From: an uncultured Alistipes sp.
GTDB taxonomy: Bacteria > Bacteroidota > Bacteroidia > Bacteroidales > Rikenellaceae
Length of the DNA: 59,012 bases
NCBI GenBank assembly: GCA_900769745.1
Contig: CAAGHX010000187.1
Coordinates: 1 to 59,012 of the forward strand
Direction of reading: 5' to 3'
Shown here: piece by piece, positions 19,587-27,968 of the stretch
Numbering within the stretch: position 1 is the stretch's first letter
How the letters are laid out: every line of letters begins with the position of its first letter
The notes under the pieces: generated by a model
Database searches by the model: none
Seen by the model: the letters and a program-made list of their open reading frames with translations, nothing else
Told to the model about the DNA's origin: nothing
Made by a program: the position numbers and the translations under genes

Positions 19587-20399
19587 TTACTCCTCTGTCC
19601 ATTCTATTGTGATATCGTCGATGGCGAAATATTTGGGTGTGGTCATTCCATAAGGAGTCTCAGGGCCACCCAAAACATCGAAATTGACCCTCACAACCTC
19701 GCCTAAAGCCGACAAATCCCACTTGGTCCACTGCTCGGTGAGATTGCTCTTGCGAGCAAATACCTTCTCCACAACGCCTGTTTGGCGGCCACTCTTGTCG
19801 AAGCCCGTAGCATAGATTTTCACCACGTCATCATCGCCCAAAGGCTCGGCAAAGGAGTTGCCGTTTTTGGCCACATTCACAAAGTAACTTGTCGAAGCCA
19901 CATAGCAGCTCTTGATGGTGCGCTCAACGCCGTCGGCAAAGTGCAAAATAGGCTGACCCAACGGAGCCTCGGGGATGAGCGAGCCGACAGTGCCGTATGC
20001 CACCAAAAAGTTGTTCGAGCCGTTGTGGCCGCCACCCTTTGTGGGGTTCTTGCTGGCAGGATTATAGAGATATAGGTCGTACTCATAGCTGCTATAAGCA
20101 GTCGCATCGGCTGTGTTGTAAGACGATAGGGTGAAGCCCGCCGCATAGTAGGTATAACCGCTCTCGGTCGCATACTCAGGCTTGGATGAGAGTGTTGCGG
20201 GATTGCTGGCAAAGGCGTAATCCTCGGTCATAACCTCCGACGAGTAGCATTTGCCCAAAGTTGCGGCATTGAGGGCATTCCACTCCGCACCTTCGAAATC
20301 AATCACTACGCCATTTACGACTGGATTGTCGTTCTCCTTTGAGCAACCGATAGCAGCTACCATTGCCGCCACGATAAAAAGTCTAAAAAGGTTTTTCAT
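19587..20399 (-). CDS. DUF4465-like (BtuJ-like) lipoprotein, probable B12-binding
   Basis: AIGC lipobox; IDFE, GGHNGSNNF, WTKWDLSALG, TPKYFAIDDI motifs; lies in the cobalamin-riboswitch unit. Confidence 0.78.
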   Translation of the reverse strand: MKNLFRLFIVAAMVAAIGCSKENDNPVVNGVVIDFEGAEWNALNAATLGKCYSSEVMTEDYAFASNPATLSSKPEYATESGYTYYAAGFTLSSYNTADATAYSSYEYDLYLYNPASKNPTKGGGHNGSNNFLVAYGTVGSLIPEAPLGQPILHFADGVERTIKSCYVASTSYFVNVAKNGNSFAEPLGDDDVVKIYATGFDKSGRQTGVVEKVFARKSNLTEQWTKWDLSALGEVVRVNFDVLGGPETPYGMTTPKYFAIDDITIEWTEE

Positions 20400-20420
20400 A
20401 TCTTTTGTTTTTTGGTTTTA

Positions 20421-20455
20421 TCTTTCATCTCTCATCTTTCATCTCTCATCTTTGA
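20421..20455. repeat. five-unit heptamer tandem repeat (TCTYTCA)
   Basis: TCTTTCA TCTCTCA TCTTTCA TCTCTCA TCTTTGA; contains the TGA stop of the minus-strand gene 20446..22161. Confidence 0.85.
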
Positions 20456-22161
20456 ACTTCATATATATCCACTATCTCGGTCGAGACCTCGCCCAGAGGG
20501 CCCGAGGTGGAGTTGATGGCGCACTGCACCTTCACAAAGTCGATGTAGGCCAGCGGCATAGGCTCGCCATCGTCACGAACGGCATTGGCAATGTCGAAGC
20601 TGCAACTCTGCGCATCGGAAGCCAACGAATTCTCGCCCGCATTGTCGGCATAGCCCCACGCGTAGGGGTTATTCTTGAAGTTGCCCGCCGCATCCTGCGA
20701 GGTGTTGGGGGCTATGAGTGAGCCATAGAGGGTGAAGCTCTCGGCTGGAATCCAAAGCGGATAGTACGATGGCTGTGTGTGCTGCGACATACGCTCAATC
20801 TTGCCCGCCGAGCCTCTATTGTCGCTCCACACCACGCTCATCTGCTCGGCCACAGGGCGGAAGTAGGTGACCGCATAGCGACGCAGAGAGGTGGCCGCAT
20901 CATACTCCGAGCCACGCAACTCATACCACACATCGTCGGGCTGGCCGTTGCCGTTCACATCCTGCATAACCCACACGATAGCAGGCTCCGACGAGCCTTC
21001 GTGGGTGTTGCCCTTGATTACAAAGTCGGCACCTTCGTCGTTGCTGATGCTGTGGTCGAAGCCCGCAACCAACGAGCCACCCCAGCCACCAAGCGACACA
21101 TAGTCGCCCGCCTTGAGGCGTCCCTCGGCATAGGCAACTGCCTGGGCGTGAGTGGTTACCACGTCGAAGCCCGACTTATCCTCGTTGATAAACTGGCCAG
21201 CGGCAGGGATATATTCGTAGAGCTTGTTCCACTTCTCGGTCGATGCCTCGGTGGCGCTGCGGCGGAAAGTGCCCTCGGCATCACAACACTCCACCTCAAC
21301 GGTGGCAGAAAGGCTATAACCATCCTCGTCACGCACTGTAACCTGCACATCGTGGCGACCTATATTTTCGGGCGTGAAGAGCAACACCTCGCTGCTCGCG
21401 ACCACCTCGCCCGCAATGCTCCACTCGAACGATGGCGTGCGGAAGTTCTCGATGGTGGGCGCAAGGGCTATGCTCTGCCCGAGGGGGATATTTCGATAGG
21501 CCTTCTGACTGCCCGCCTCATAGATTTCGGCCGACACCAGAGGCGCAGGGAAGCGCACGCTGCCAGTGAGGTGCTCCACCACACTCAGGGTGGTTGTAGC
21601 CTCGCTCTGGCCATCTTCGTTGCTGGCCAAGAGGGTGAGATTGTGAGTACCTATATTTTCAAATTCTACAAAAAAGCTCTCGCCCGTTCCGTGCTCCTCG
21701 CCATCAATTTTCCAGCTATATTTCTCGGCCTTGCCGCCGCCTGTGTGGGCTACTATTTGGGTGCGCACGCCAGCCTCTACCTCATAGACTCCATTGCGAC
21801 CATATAGCGCCACAACGGGGGGCGCAAGAGCAAGCACCTCAACACGATAGGTGGTCTGATCGGAGCCGTTGGGAGTGGTGACGGCGAAATCAACATAGAA
21901 CGTGCCAACCTCCTCGGCCTGAAAGGTATAGCTTGGTGATGAGCCAACCGTGCGGCCATCGATGCTCCAAAGATATGTAGCATCGTCGGCATTGGCAATG
22001 GTGGGCGCAAGGGTGATGCTGCGACCCAGCTTCAGCTCATAGTAGCTCTCTATACCATTGCCGATTTCGGGGCCTGGCTCGGCCAGAATCTCGATGTCGC
22101 GGTTGCACGAGCAGAGGAGCAACACAAATGAGAATATAGTTGTGAAAAATAGGCCTTTCAT
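20446..22161 (-). CDS. PKD/Ig-like-domain surface lipoprotein with BtuH-like C-terminal domain
   Basis: LCSC lipobox; three WSIDG/WKIDG/WSIAG PKD-like repeats; PAAGQFINE, SLGGWGG, SSEP, DVNGNGQPDDVWYEL, WGYADN, IDFVKV motifs. Confidence 0.8.
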   Translation of the reverse strand: MKGLFFTTIFSFVLLLCSCNRDIEILAEPGPEIGNGIESYYELKLGRSITLAPTIANADDATYLWSIDGRTVGSSPSYTFQAEEVGTFYVDFAVTTPNGSDQTTYRVEVLALAPPVVALYGRNGVYEVEAGVRTQIVAHTGGGKAEKYSWKIDGEEHGTGESFFVEFENIGTHNLTLLASNEDGQSEATTTLSVVEHLTGSVRFPAPLVSAEIYEAGSQKAYRNIPLGQSIALAPTIENFRTPSFEWSIAGEVVASSEVLLFTPENIGRHDVQVTVRDEDGYSLSATVEVECCDAEGTFRRSATEASTEKWNKLYEYIPAAGQFINEDKSGFDVVTTHAQAVAYAEGRLKAGDYVSLGGWGGSLVAGFDHSISNDEGADFVIKGNTHEGSSEPAIVWVMQDVNGNGQPDDVWYELRGSEYDAATSLRRYAVTYFRPVAEQMSVVWSDNRGSAGKIERMSQHTQPSYYPLWIPAESFTLYGSLIAPNTSQDAAGNFKNNPYAWGYADNAGENSLASDAQSCSFDIANAVRDDGEPMPLAYIDFVKVQCAINSTSGPLGEVSTEIVDIYEVQR

Positions 22162-22404
22162 ATTGTTACCTTTTTATCTTTTTTTGCATTTTTACGAAAT
22201 GTGCGAACTGCTCACCTGCGGCAATAAAAAATCCGCTCGGCCACAGCCAAACGGGTAACAAAAAAATAAATCAGACTCGAAACATTGCGGGCAGCTCACC
22301 AGCGATTCGCACTCACCCAACCGAGGGTTCAACACCACCGGCCAAACTTCTAAACTCCCCACCTCGTATGATTTACCCGTTACTCGCAGGCGCAATTCAA
22401 ACAC

Positions 22405-22589
22405 TTCAACGGCAGGTCTTCTGACTTGTTCATTGGCATTGCGCCTTCCCAACACCTTGCGGCATCAGTGGCATCGAGCAACACCCTCCGTCGGCCGAGG
22501 GCCGAGGGCAAAACTCACAGCAGCGAGCACTGTTTCGGATTCTCACCGAATTCCCTTTTGATTCCTTCCGTTAAGAGAGGAAACCGTTA
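22405..22589 (-). ncRNA. cobalamin (B12) riboswitch
   Basis: Minus strand reads GGTT...AAAAGGGAATTCGGTGAGAATCCGAAACAGT...GCTGCTGT...GCCACTG...GGGAAGGC...AAGTCAGAAGACCTGCC; promoter box TATATTTG immediately upstream (22593..22600). Confidence 0.95.
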
Positions 22590-22820
22590 GTGCAAATATA
22601 GAGAAAAAAGATTACTCACGCAAATAATTTGGAGTTTTATTGTTTTTTTATGGAGTGGGCGGCTCTTTGAGCTCAAAAAAGGGCGCAAAATCAATATAAT
22701 TTGCTAACTTTGCCCGATAATGCGTCGTGTGCGCATACGCGAGCGGGCATAATGCAACGCAGGCGCGGGAGCTACAGGCGAGCTGCGAGCGCGCGTAATG
22801 CACACAAAGCCAGAGGATTT

Positions 22821-24305
22821 ATGTTAGAAAAATTAGCAAAACAGACCGCCATTTATGGCATCAGCACGATAGTGGTGCGATTCCTGAGCTACCTGCTCAC
22901 GCCACTCTACACCTACAACTTCACACAGGCGGAGTATGGTGTGGTGACCGACATCTATGCGCTGATACCATTCGCACTGGTGCTGCTCTCGATGGGTATG
23001 GAGTCGAGCTACTTCCGCTTTGCCGCTAAGGCTGAGGCTGAGGGTGGCGACGACAAGGAGCTTATCCGAGTAGGCAAGCGCAGAGTGTTTGCCACAACGT
23101 GGGGAGCTACAATAGTGGCGGCTACGATATTCTTTGTGGTGGTGATGGCACTGCGTGGCGGTGTGGCCCGAGTGATGGGACCTGCGTATGTTGCACACCC
23201 CGAGTACATAAGCCTTGTGGCGGCCATCATCTTGCTCGATGTGGCTACTATGATACCCTTCTCGCGACTGCGTGAGCAGGGCCGAGCGCTGAAGTTTGTG
23301 GCTCTGAAGGCACTCAACGTGCTGGCAAATGTGGGCCTTGCGATACTCTTTATGGCTGTGGGATTGTTCGACACCGACTTTGGTGTGGGCTGGGTCTTTG
23401 TGGCAAACCTTGTGGCGAGCGTCATCACGCTTATCGCCATTCTGCCCACTGCCGAGCGCACGATGCCGACCATCGACAAGCAGCTGCTGAAGCGAATCTT
23501 TGCCTACTCGTTGCCGCTGCTCATAGGCGGTGTGGCGGGCACTGCGGGCGAGTTTATCGACCGACAGATGATTAAATACATTCTGCCCGAGGATGTGGCT
23601 ATGGCCGAGCTGGGAGTATATGGAGCCATCACGAAGATTGCCGTTGTGATGACCCTCTTCACGCAGATGTATCGCTTTGCGGCCGAGCCATTCTTCCTCT
23701 CGAACTTCCGCAAGGAGGAGTTTGTGGAGTCGAACGCCGCCGCAATGAAATATTTTGTGATGGCCTCGATGGCTATCTTCCTCGGCATTGCGCTGCTGAG
23801 AGATTTCTTTGCGCTGATTGTGGGTCGTGACTTCCGCGAGGGAATTGATATGCTGCCCATCATTCTCGGCTCGAACGTGCTGGCGGGCGTGTGGCTCAAC
23901 CTCTCGTTCTGGTACAAGCGTGAGGAGCGCACCCGATTTGCAATGTATGTCACATTTGTGGGCCTGGCTGTTGCCGTTGTGGCGAGCCTTGTGCTGGTGC
24001 CACGATGGGGCAACTATGGTGCTGCGTGGTCGCGCTTTGCGGCCGAGGCTGCGATGGTGGGCGTGAGCTTCTACCTGAACCGCCGCTTCTTCCCTACGCC
24101 CTACGACATTGGTCGCATAGCGGGATATGTAGCGCTGGCGCTGGCATTGTATTTTGTGAGCGAGCAGACCGTTGGCGAGTGTCAGAATTTGGTGCTTCGC
24201 TATGGCGTGAACATCTGCCTGCTGGCCGTTTATGGCGGCTATGCAATTTGGCGAGAAGGAGTTTTGAAGAGAATTCAAAATTCAAAATTCAAAATTCAAA
24301 ATTAG
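22821..24305 (+). CDS. polysaccharide biosynthesis/oligosaccharide flippase family protein
   Basis: KLAKQTAIYG, GMESSYFRF, FRAAEPF-like motifs and many TMs; start moved to ATG 22821; the last 10 codons are repeat-derived. Confidence 0.88.
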   Translation: MLEKLAKQTAIYGISTIVVRFLSYLLTPLYTYNFTQAEYGVVTDIYALIPFALVLLSMGMESSYFRFAAKAEAEGGDDKELIRVGKRRVFATTWGATIVAATIFFVVVMALRGGVARVMGPAYVAHPEYISLVAAIILLDVATMIPFSRLREQGRALKFVALKALNVLANVGLAILFMAVGLFDTDFGVGWVFVANLVASVITLIAILPTAERTMPTIDKQLLKRIFAYSLPLLIGGVAGTAGEFIDRQMIKYILPEDVAMAELGVYGAITKIAVVMTLFTQMYRFAAEPFFLSNFRKEEFVESNAAAMKYFVMASMAIFLGIALLRDFFALIVGRDFREGIDMLPIILGSNVLAGVWLNLSFWYKREERTRFAMYVTFVGLAVAVVASLVLVPRWGNYGAAWSRFAAEAAMVGVSFYLNRRFFPTPYDIGRIAGYVALALALYFVSEQTVGECQNLVLRYGVNICLLAVYGGYAIWREGVLKRIQNSKFKIQN

Positions 24306-24544
24306 GTCTTACGACCTTTTTATGATTGAGTTTGAGAGCGTTGAATTTTGGGGCAAGAAATAAATATTACGTCATTCCACATTTTTATAACCGTTAGTTA
24401 AATTAGAACAAATTAGCAACCATATAAAAATGTGAGAATCTACCTTTGGGAAAAGGCGGTGCAAAGAACAACTTTGTATCAAAGTAAATCACAAAAGTGT
24501 CGTAAGACACCCCATCGTCGGCTACGCCTCCGGGGTATGACGTG
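24272..24544 (+). repeat. heptamer element with left array and CGTC arms C+B; right array missing
   Basis: (AATTCAA)4AATT; CGTCAT at 24370; ATCTACCTTTGG; ...GGGGTATGACGTG. Confidence 0.9.
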
Positions 24545-24580
24545 AGATAGACTAAAAAAAACAAAAAAAGATAGAACACT

Positions 24581-25012
24581 ATGAAAGTAAAAATCGTAAA
24601 TCAGTCGCGCTTTGCGCTGCCAGAGTATCAGACTCCGCTGTCGGCAGGTCTTGATATCCGTGCCAACATCGAAGAGAGCATCACACTCGCTCCGCTGGAG
24701 CGTACACTCGTGCCAACAGGCCTCTATGTAGAGCTGCCCGAGGGTTATGAGATGCAGATTCGCCCACGCAGCGGTCTTGCAGCCAAGCACGGCATCACAG
24801 TATTGAACTCGCCCGGCACAATCGATGCCGACTATCGTGGCGAGATTAAGGTTATCCTTGTGAACCTGAGCAACGAGCCTTTCACAATCGAGGCGGGCGA
24901 GCGCATAGCACAGATGGTGGTGGCACGTCACGAGCAGATTGAGTGGGAGAGTGTAGAGGTGCTCGGCACAACAGAGCGTGGTGCGGGCGGTTTCGGCTCA
25001 ACTGGTAAGTAA
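24581..25012 (+). CDS. dut: dUTP diphosphatase
   Basis: [32 protein letters not shown] motifs. Confidence 0.98.
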   Translation: MKVKIVNQSRFALPEYQTPLSAGLDIRANIEESITLAPLERTLVPTGLYVELPEGYEMQIRPRSGLAAKHGITVLNSPGTIDADYRGEIKVILVNLSNEPFTIEAGERIAQMVVARHEQIEWESVEVLGTTERGAGGFGSTGK

Positions 25013-25033
25013 TTTTAGATTGATTGACAAGAT

Positions 25034-25732
25034 ATGAGATACTTGAAGATTTTTGCAGCGGCAGCACTCTTGCTCGCATCGTGCACAAAGCCTGCGCCAT
25101 CACCCAAGCGTGTGGCACTCGAGACGACAATGGGTAAAATCACAGTGGAGCTGAGCGACCTTACGCCTCTGCACCGCGACAACTTTGTGGCGTTGGCCCA
25201 GGAGGGTTACTTCGACTCTCTGCTGTTCCACCGAGTAATCGAGAACTTTATGATTCAGGGCGGTGACCCACGCACGCGCACAATCAGCGGCAGCGAGTTC
25301 GACGCCAACGGACCTGAGACAGGCGAGGCACGTTACTGGGGTAAGATTGATGCTGAGATTAACTTCCCTACGCTCTTCCACCAGCGAGGTGCACTGGCTG
25401 CAGCACGCGAGGGCGATGTGGTAAACCCACAGCGTCGCTCATCGAGCACACAGTTCTACATCGTGTGGGGTCGCACCTTCACCGATGAGCAGCTCGACGC
25501 TCAGCAGGCTCGCATAAGCCGTGCTACACAGGGCCAGGTGACTCTGCCCGACCACATCCGCCAGGCCTACAAGACCATTGGCGGCACGCCCCACCTCGAT
25601 GGCCAATATACAGTGTTTGGTCACGTTGTGGAGGGCTTGGAGATTGTGGAGAGGATTCAGCGTACTGCGACCGACTCGCTCGACCGCCCCGTTGAGGATG
25701 TACGCATCTTGAAAGCTACAGTTTTGGAGTAA
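25034..25732 (+). CDS. cyclophilin-type peptidyl-prolyl isomerase lipoprotein
   Basis: LASC lipobox; FHRVIENFMIQGGD, QFYIV, HLDGQYTVFG motifs. Confidence 0.95.
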   Translation: MRYLKIFAAAALLLASCTKPAPSPKRVALETTMGKITVELSDLTPLHRDNFVALAQEGYFDSLLFHRVIENFMIQGGDPRTRTISGSEFDANGPETGEARYWGKIDAEINFPTLFHQRGALAAAREGDVVNPQRRSSSTQFYIVWGRTFTDEQLDAQQARISRATQGQVTLPDHIRQAYKTIGGTPHLDGQYTVFGHVVEGLEIVERIQRTATDSLDRPVEDVRILKATVLE

Positions 25733-25747
25733 TAAGACTTTACCTTT

Positions 25748-26887
25748 ATGCGTTTTGCAGATATCATAGGACAATGGCAGCTAAAGCGTCAGCTTGTGGA
25801 GAGCATCGAGCGAGGCCGTATCAGCCACGCACAGCTCTTTAGCGGTGCGGCGGGTGCTGGTACTCTGCCGCTGGCTCTGGCCTACGCACAATACCTCAAC
25901 TGCCAGAACCGCCACGATGGCGACTCGTGTGGCGAGTGCCCCTCGTGTGTGAAGATGCAGCAGCTGGCACACCCCGACCTGCACTTTGTGTTCCCCGTTA
26001 ACAAGCAGGGCAAGAAGAGCGACGAGGTGGTGCTGAGCAGCGACTTTATGGATTTGTGGCGCGAGATAGTGAGCCAGACAGGTGGCTACTTCACACGCCA
26101 GCAGTGGAACGACAGGCTCGACCTGGGCAAGACGCTGAAGGGTATGATATCGGCTCGCGAGGCCGACGAGATTATACGCCGACTATCGTTCAAGAGCTTC
26201 GAGTCGGAGTATAAGATTATGATTATATGGCAGCCCGAGTCGATGAACGAGGCGGCAGCCAACAAGATACTCAAGATATTGGAGGAGCCTTGGGAGAAGA
26301 CCCTCTTCCTGCTCATCACCGAGCGTGGCGACCTGCTGCTGCCAACCATCATATCACGCACACAGGAGGTGGCTGTGCCACGCCTGATGGTGGAGGATTT
26401 GATTCCGCTGGCGGGGTGTGACGATAGTGTGCAGGCGGCCAATATGGCACGCTTGGCGGCAGGCGATGTGATTGAGATGCGAAGAATAGCGGGCGGAGGC
26501 GAGGATGCCCTGCGTCACGACTGCTTCGATCTGTTCTGCCGACTGATGCGCCTCTCGTACAACGACAAGCACCTGGAGCTGATGGATTGGGCCGACGAGG
26601 TGGCCACACTGCCACGCGAGCAGCAACGCTCGCTGCTTATTCACTCGGCACGACTGCTCAGAGAGAGTTATATGCTCCACGCGGGCCTCGGCTCGATAAG
26701 TTATCTGTGGGGCGAGGAGGCCGACTTCTGCAACAAGTTTGCACCATTTATCGGCAACCAGAATGTGGAGTTTATCCTCGACCAGATTGAGCTGGCGATG
26801 CGTCAGGTGAGCCAGAACGGTAACTCGCGAATAATCTTCACGCACTTTGCGCTGGCCGTAAGTAAAACCATCAACCGCCTGAAGTAA
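25748..26887 (+). CDS. holB: DNA polymerase III subunit delta'
   Basis: HAQLF, C...CGECPSC zinc site, HPDLH, ANKILKILEEP, LPTIISR motifs. Confidence 0.92.
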   Translation: MRFADIIGQWQLKRQLVESIERGRISHAQLFSGAAGAGTLPLALAYAQYLNCQNRHDGDSCGECPSCVKMQQLAHPDLHFVFPVNKQGKKSDEVVLSSDFMDLWREIVSQTGGYFTRQQWNDRLDLGKTLKGMISAREADEIIRRLSFKSFESEYKIMIIWQPESMNEAAANKILKILEEPWEKTLFLLITERGDLLLPTIISRTQEVAVPRLMVEDLIPLAGCDDSVQAANMARLAAGDVIEMRRIAGGGEDALRHDCFDLFCRLMRLSYNDKHLELMDWADEVATLPREQQRSLLIHSARLLRESYMLHAGLGSISYLWGEEADFCNKFAPFIGNQNVEFILDQIELAMRQVSQNGNSRIIFTHFALAVSKTINRLK

Positions 26888-27394
26888 ATGAATCCGAAGC
26901 AACCACACAGCCTGATTGTGCTCACGGGCTGCAACATAGAGCCTAAGCAGGAGCTGCTGATTCGTGCCGCCGAGATGCTGCACCAAAGGGTGGGACGTGT
27001 GGTGGCACACAGCGATATTCACTACTCCGAGGCTTGGGGATTCGAGGCCGACGAGCTCTTTGCCAATATGGCGTTGGAGTTGCAGACCACGCTGGAGCCA
27101 CTCGAGGTGCTCGACATCACGCAGGCCATTGAGCAGGAGCTGGGGCGAGATAGGGCCAAGGAGCAAGCCGCAAAGGCTGCCTCGGGCGAGAGGTACTGCT
27201 CACGCACGATGGATATCGACCTTATGTTTTACGACGACGAGGTGATTCAGTGCGAGCGACTAACCATACCCCATCCGCTGATGCAGGAGCGTGAATTTGC
27301 ACTGCGCCCGATGGCCGAGATTGCACCCCACAGGCTGCACCCCACATTGGGCCAAAGCATAGAGCAGATGCTCGAAGCCATTGAGAAGAGATAG
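26888..27394 (+). CDS. folK: 2-amino-4-hydroxy-6-hydroxymethyldihydropteridine diphosphokinase
   Basis: IEQELGR, RTMDIDL, LTIPHPLMQEREF motifs. Confidence 0.93.
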   Translation: MNPKQPHSLIVLTGCNIEPKQELLIRAAEMLHQRVGRVVAHSDIHYSEAWGFEADELFANMALELQTTLEPLEVLDITQAIEQELGRDRAKEQAAKAASGERYCSRTMDIDLMFYDDEVIQCERLTIPHPLMQEREFALRPMAEIAPHRLHPTLGQSIEQMLEAIEKR

Positions 27395-27444
27395 TGACGA
27401 GATAGATGTGAACAACGATAGGAACAGATAGTTTTTTTGTGATT

Positions 27445-27945
27445 ATGAAGAGAAAAATCAACATACTGCACCTGGTGGTGGCTGTGGCGGCACTCTGCTG
27501 CGTGGGCTGCTACAAGACGACTGTGGGATACACCATATTTAGCGTGGCGGTGAACATACAGCCTACCGACAAGAGCGACTACACCAAGGCCAAAGACCTC
27601 TACACCTACGCCTACTATGCCGACTCTACCGATTGGCGCATAGCGAGCTACGAGGATGCCTGCCAGAAGGTGCTCACCAACAAGCTCACAGGCGAGAAGC
27701 GCGAGGTGCCCGATGTGTATGGCGAGATGAACCCCTCGAACGAGTATCAGCTCTCGATGGTTATCAATGAGCCGATGACTATGATGGTGATTGTTGACCC
27801 CGCAAACAAGGTCTATGCCTATCGTAACTACGAACTGCCAAAGAACTTGGAGCACGTCGACACCAAGCTCTACATAGCTGCGTGGAAGCCCTCGCACAAC
27901 TCGGGCGGCTGGCGCATAGTGAACGAGTTTTACCAGAAACAGTAA
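27445..27945 (+). CDS. hypothetical lipoprotein
   Basis: CVGC lipobox; in operon context with host-like codon usage. Confidence 0.8.
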   Translation: MKRKINILHLVVAVAALCCVGCYKTTVGYTIFSVAVNIQPTDKSDYTKAKDLYTYAYYADSTDWRIASYEDACQKVLTNKLTGEKREVPDVYGEMNPSNEYQLSMVINEPMTMMVIVDPANKVYAYRNYELPKNLEHVDTKLYIAAWKPSHNSGGWRIVNEFYQKQ

Positions 27946-27968
27946 GCAAAGAAGCATAACAACAGATA

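Noticed and set aside
22715..22810. GC-rich alternating purine/pyrimidine leader and 40-codon extension of the flippase ORF
   Set aside because: Lies downstream of a TAACTTTG promoter box, so likely 5'-UTR; no defined structure could be supported.
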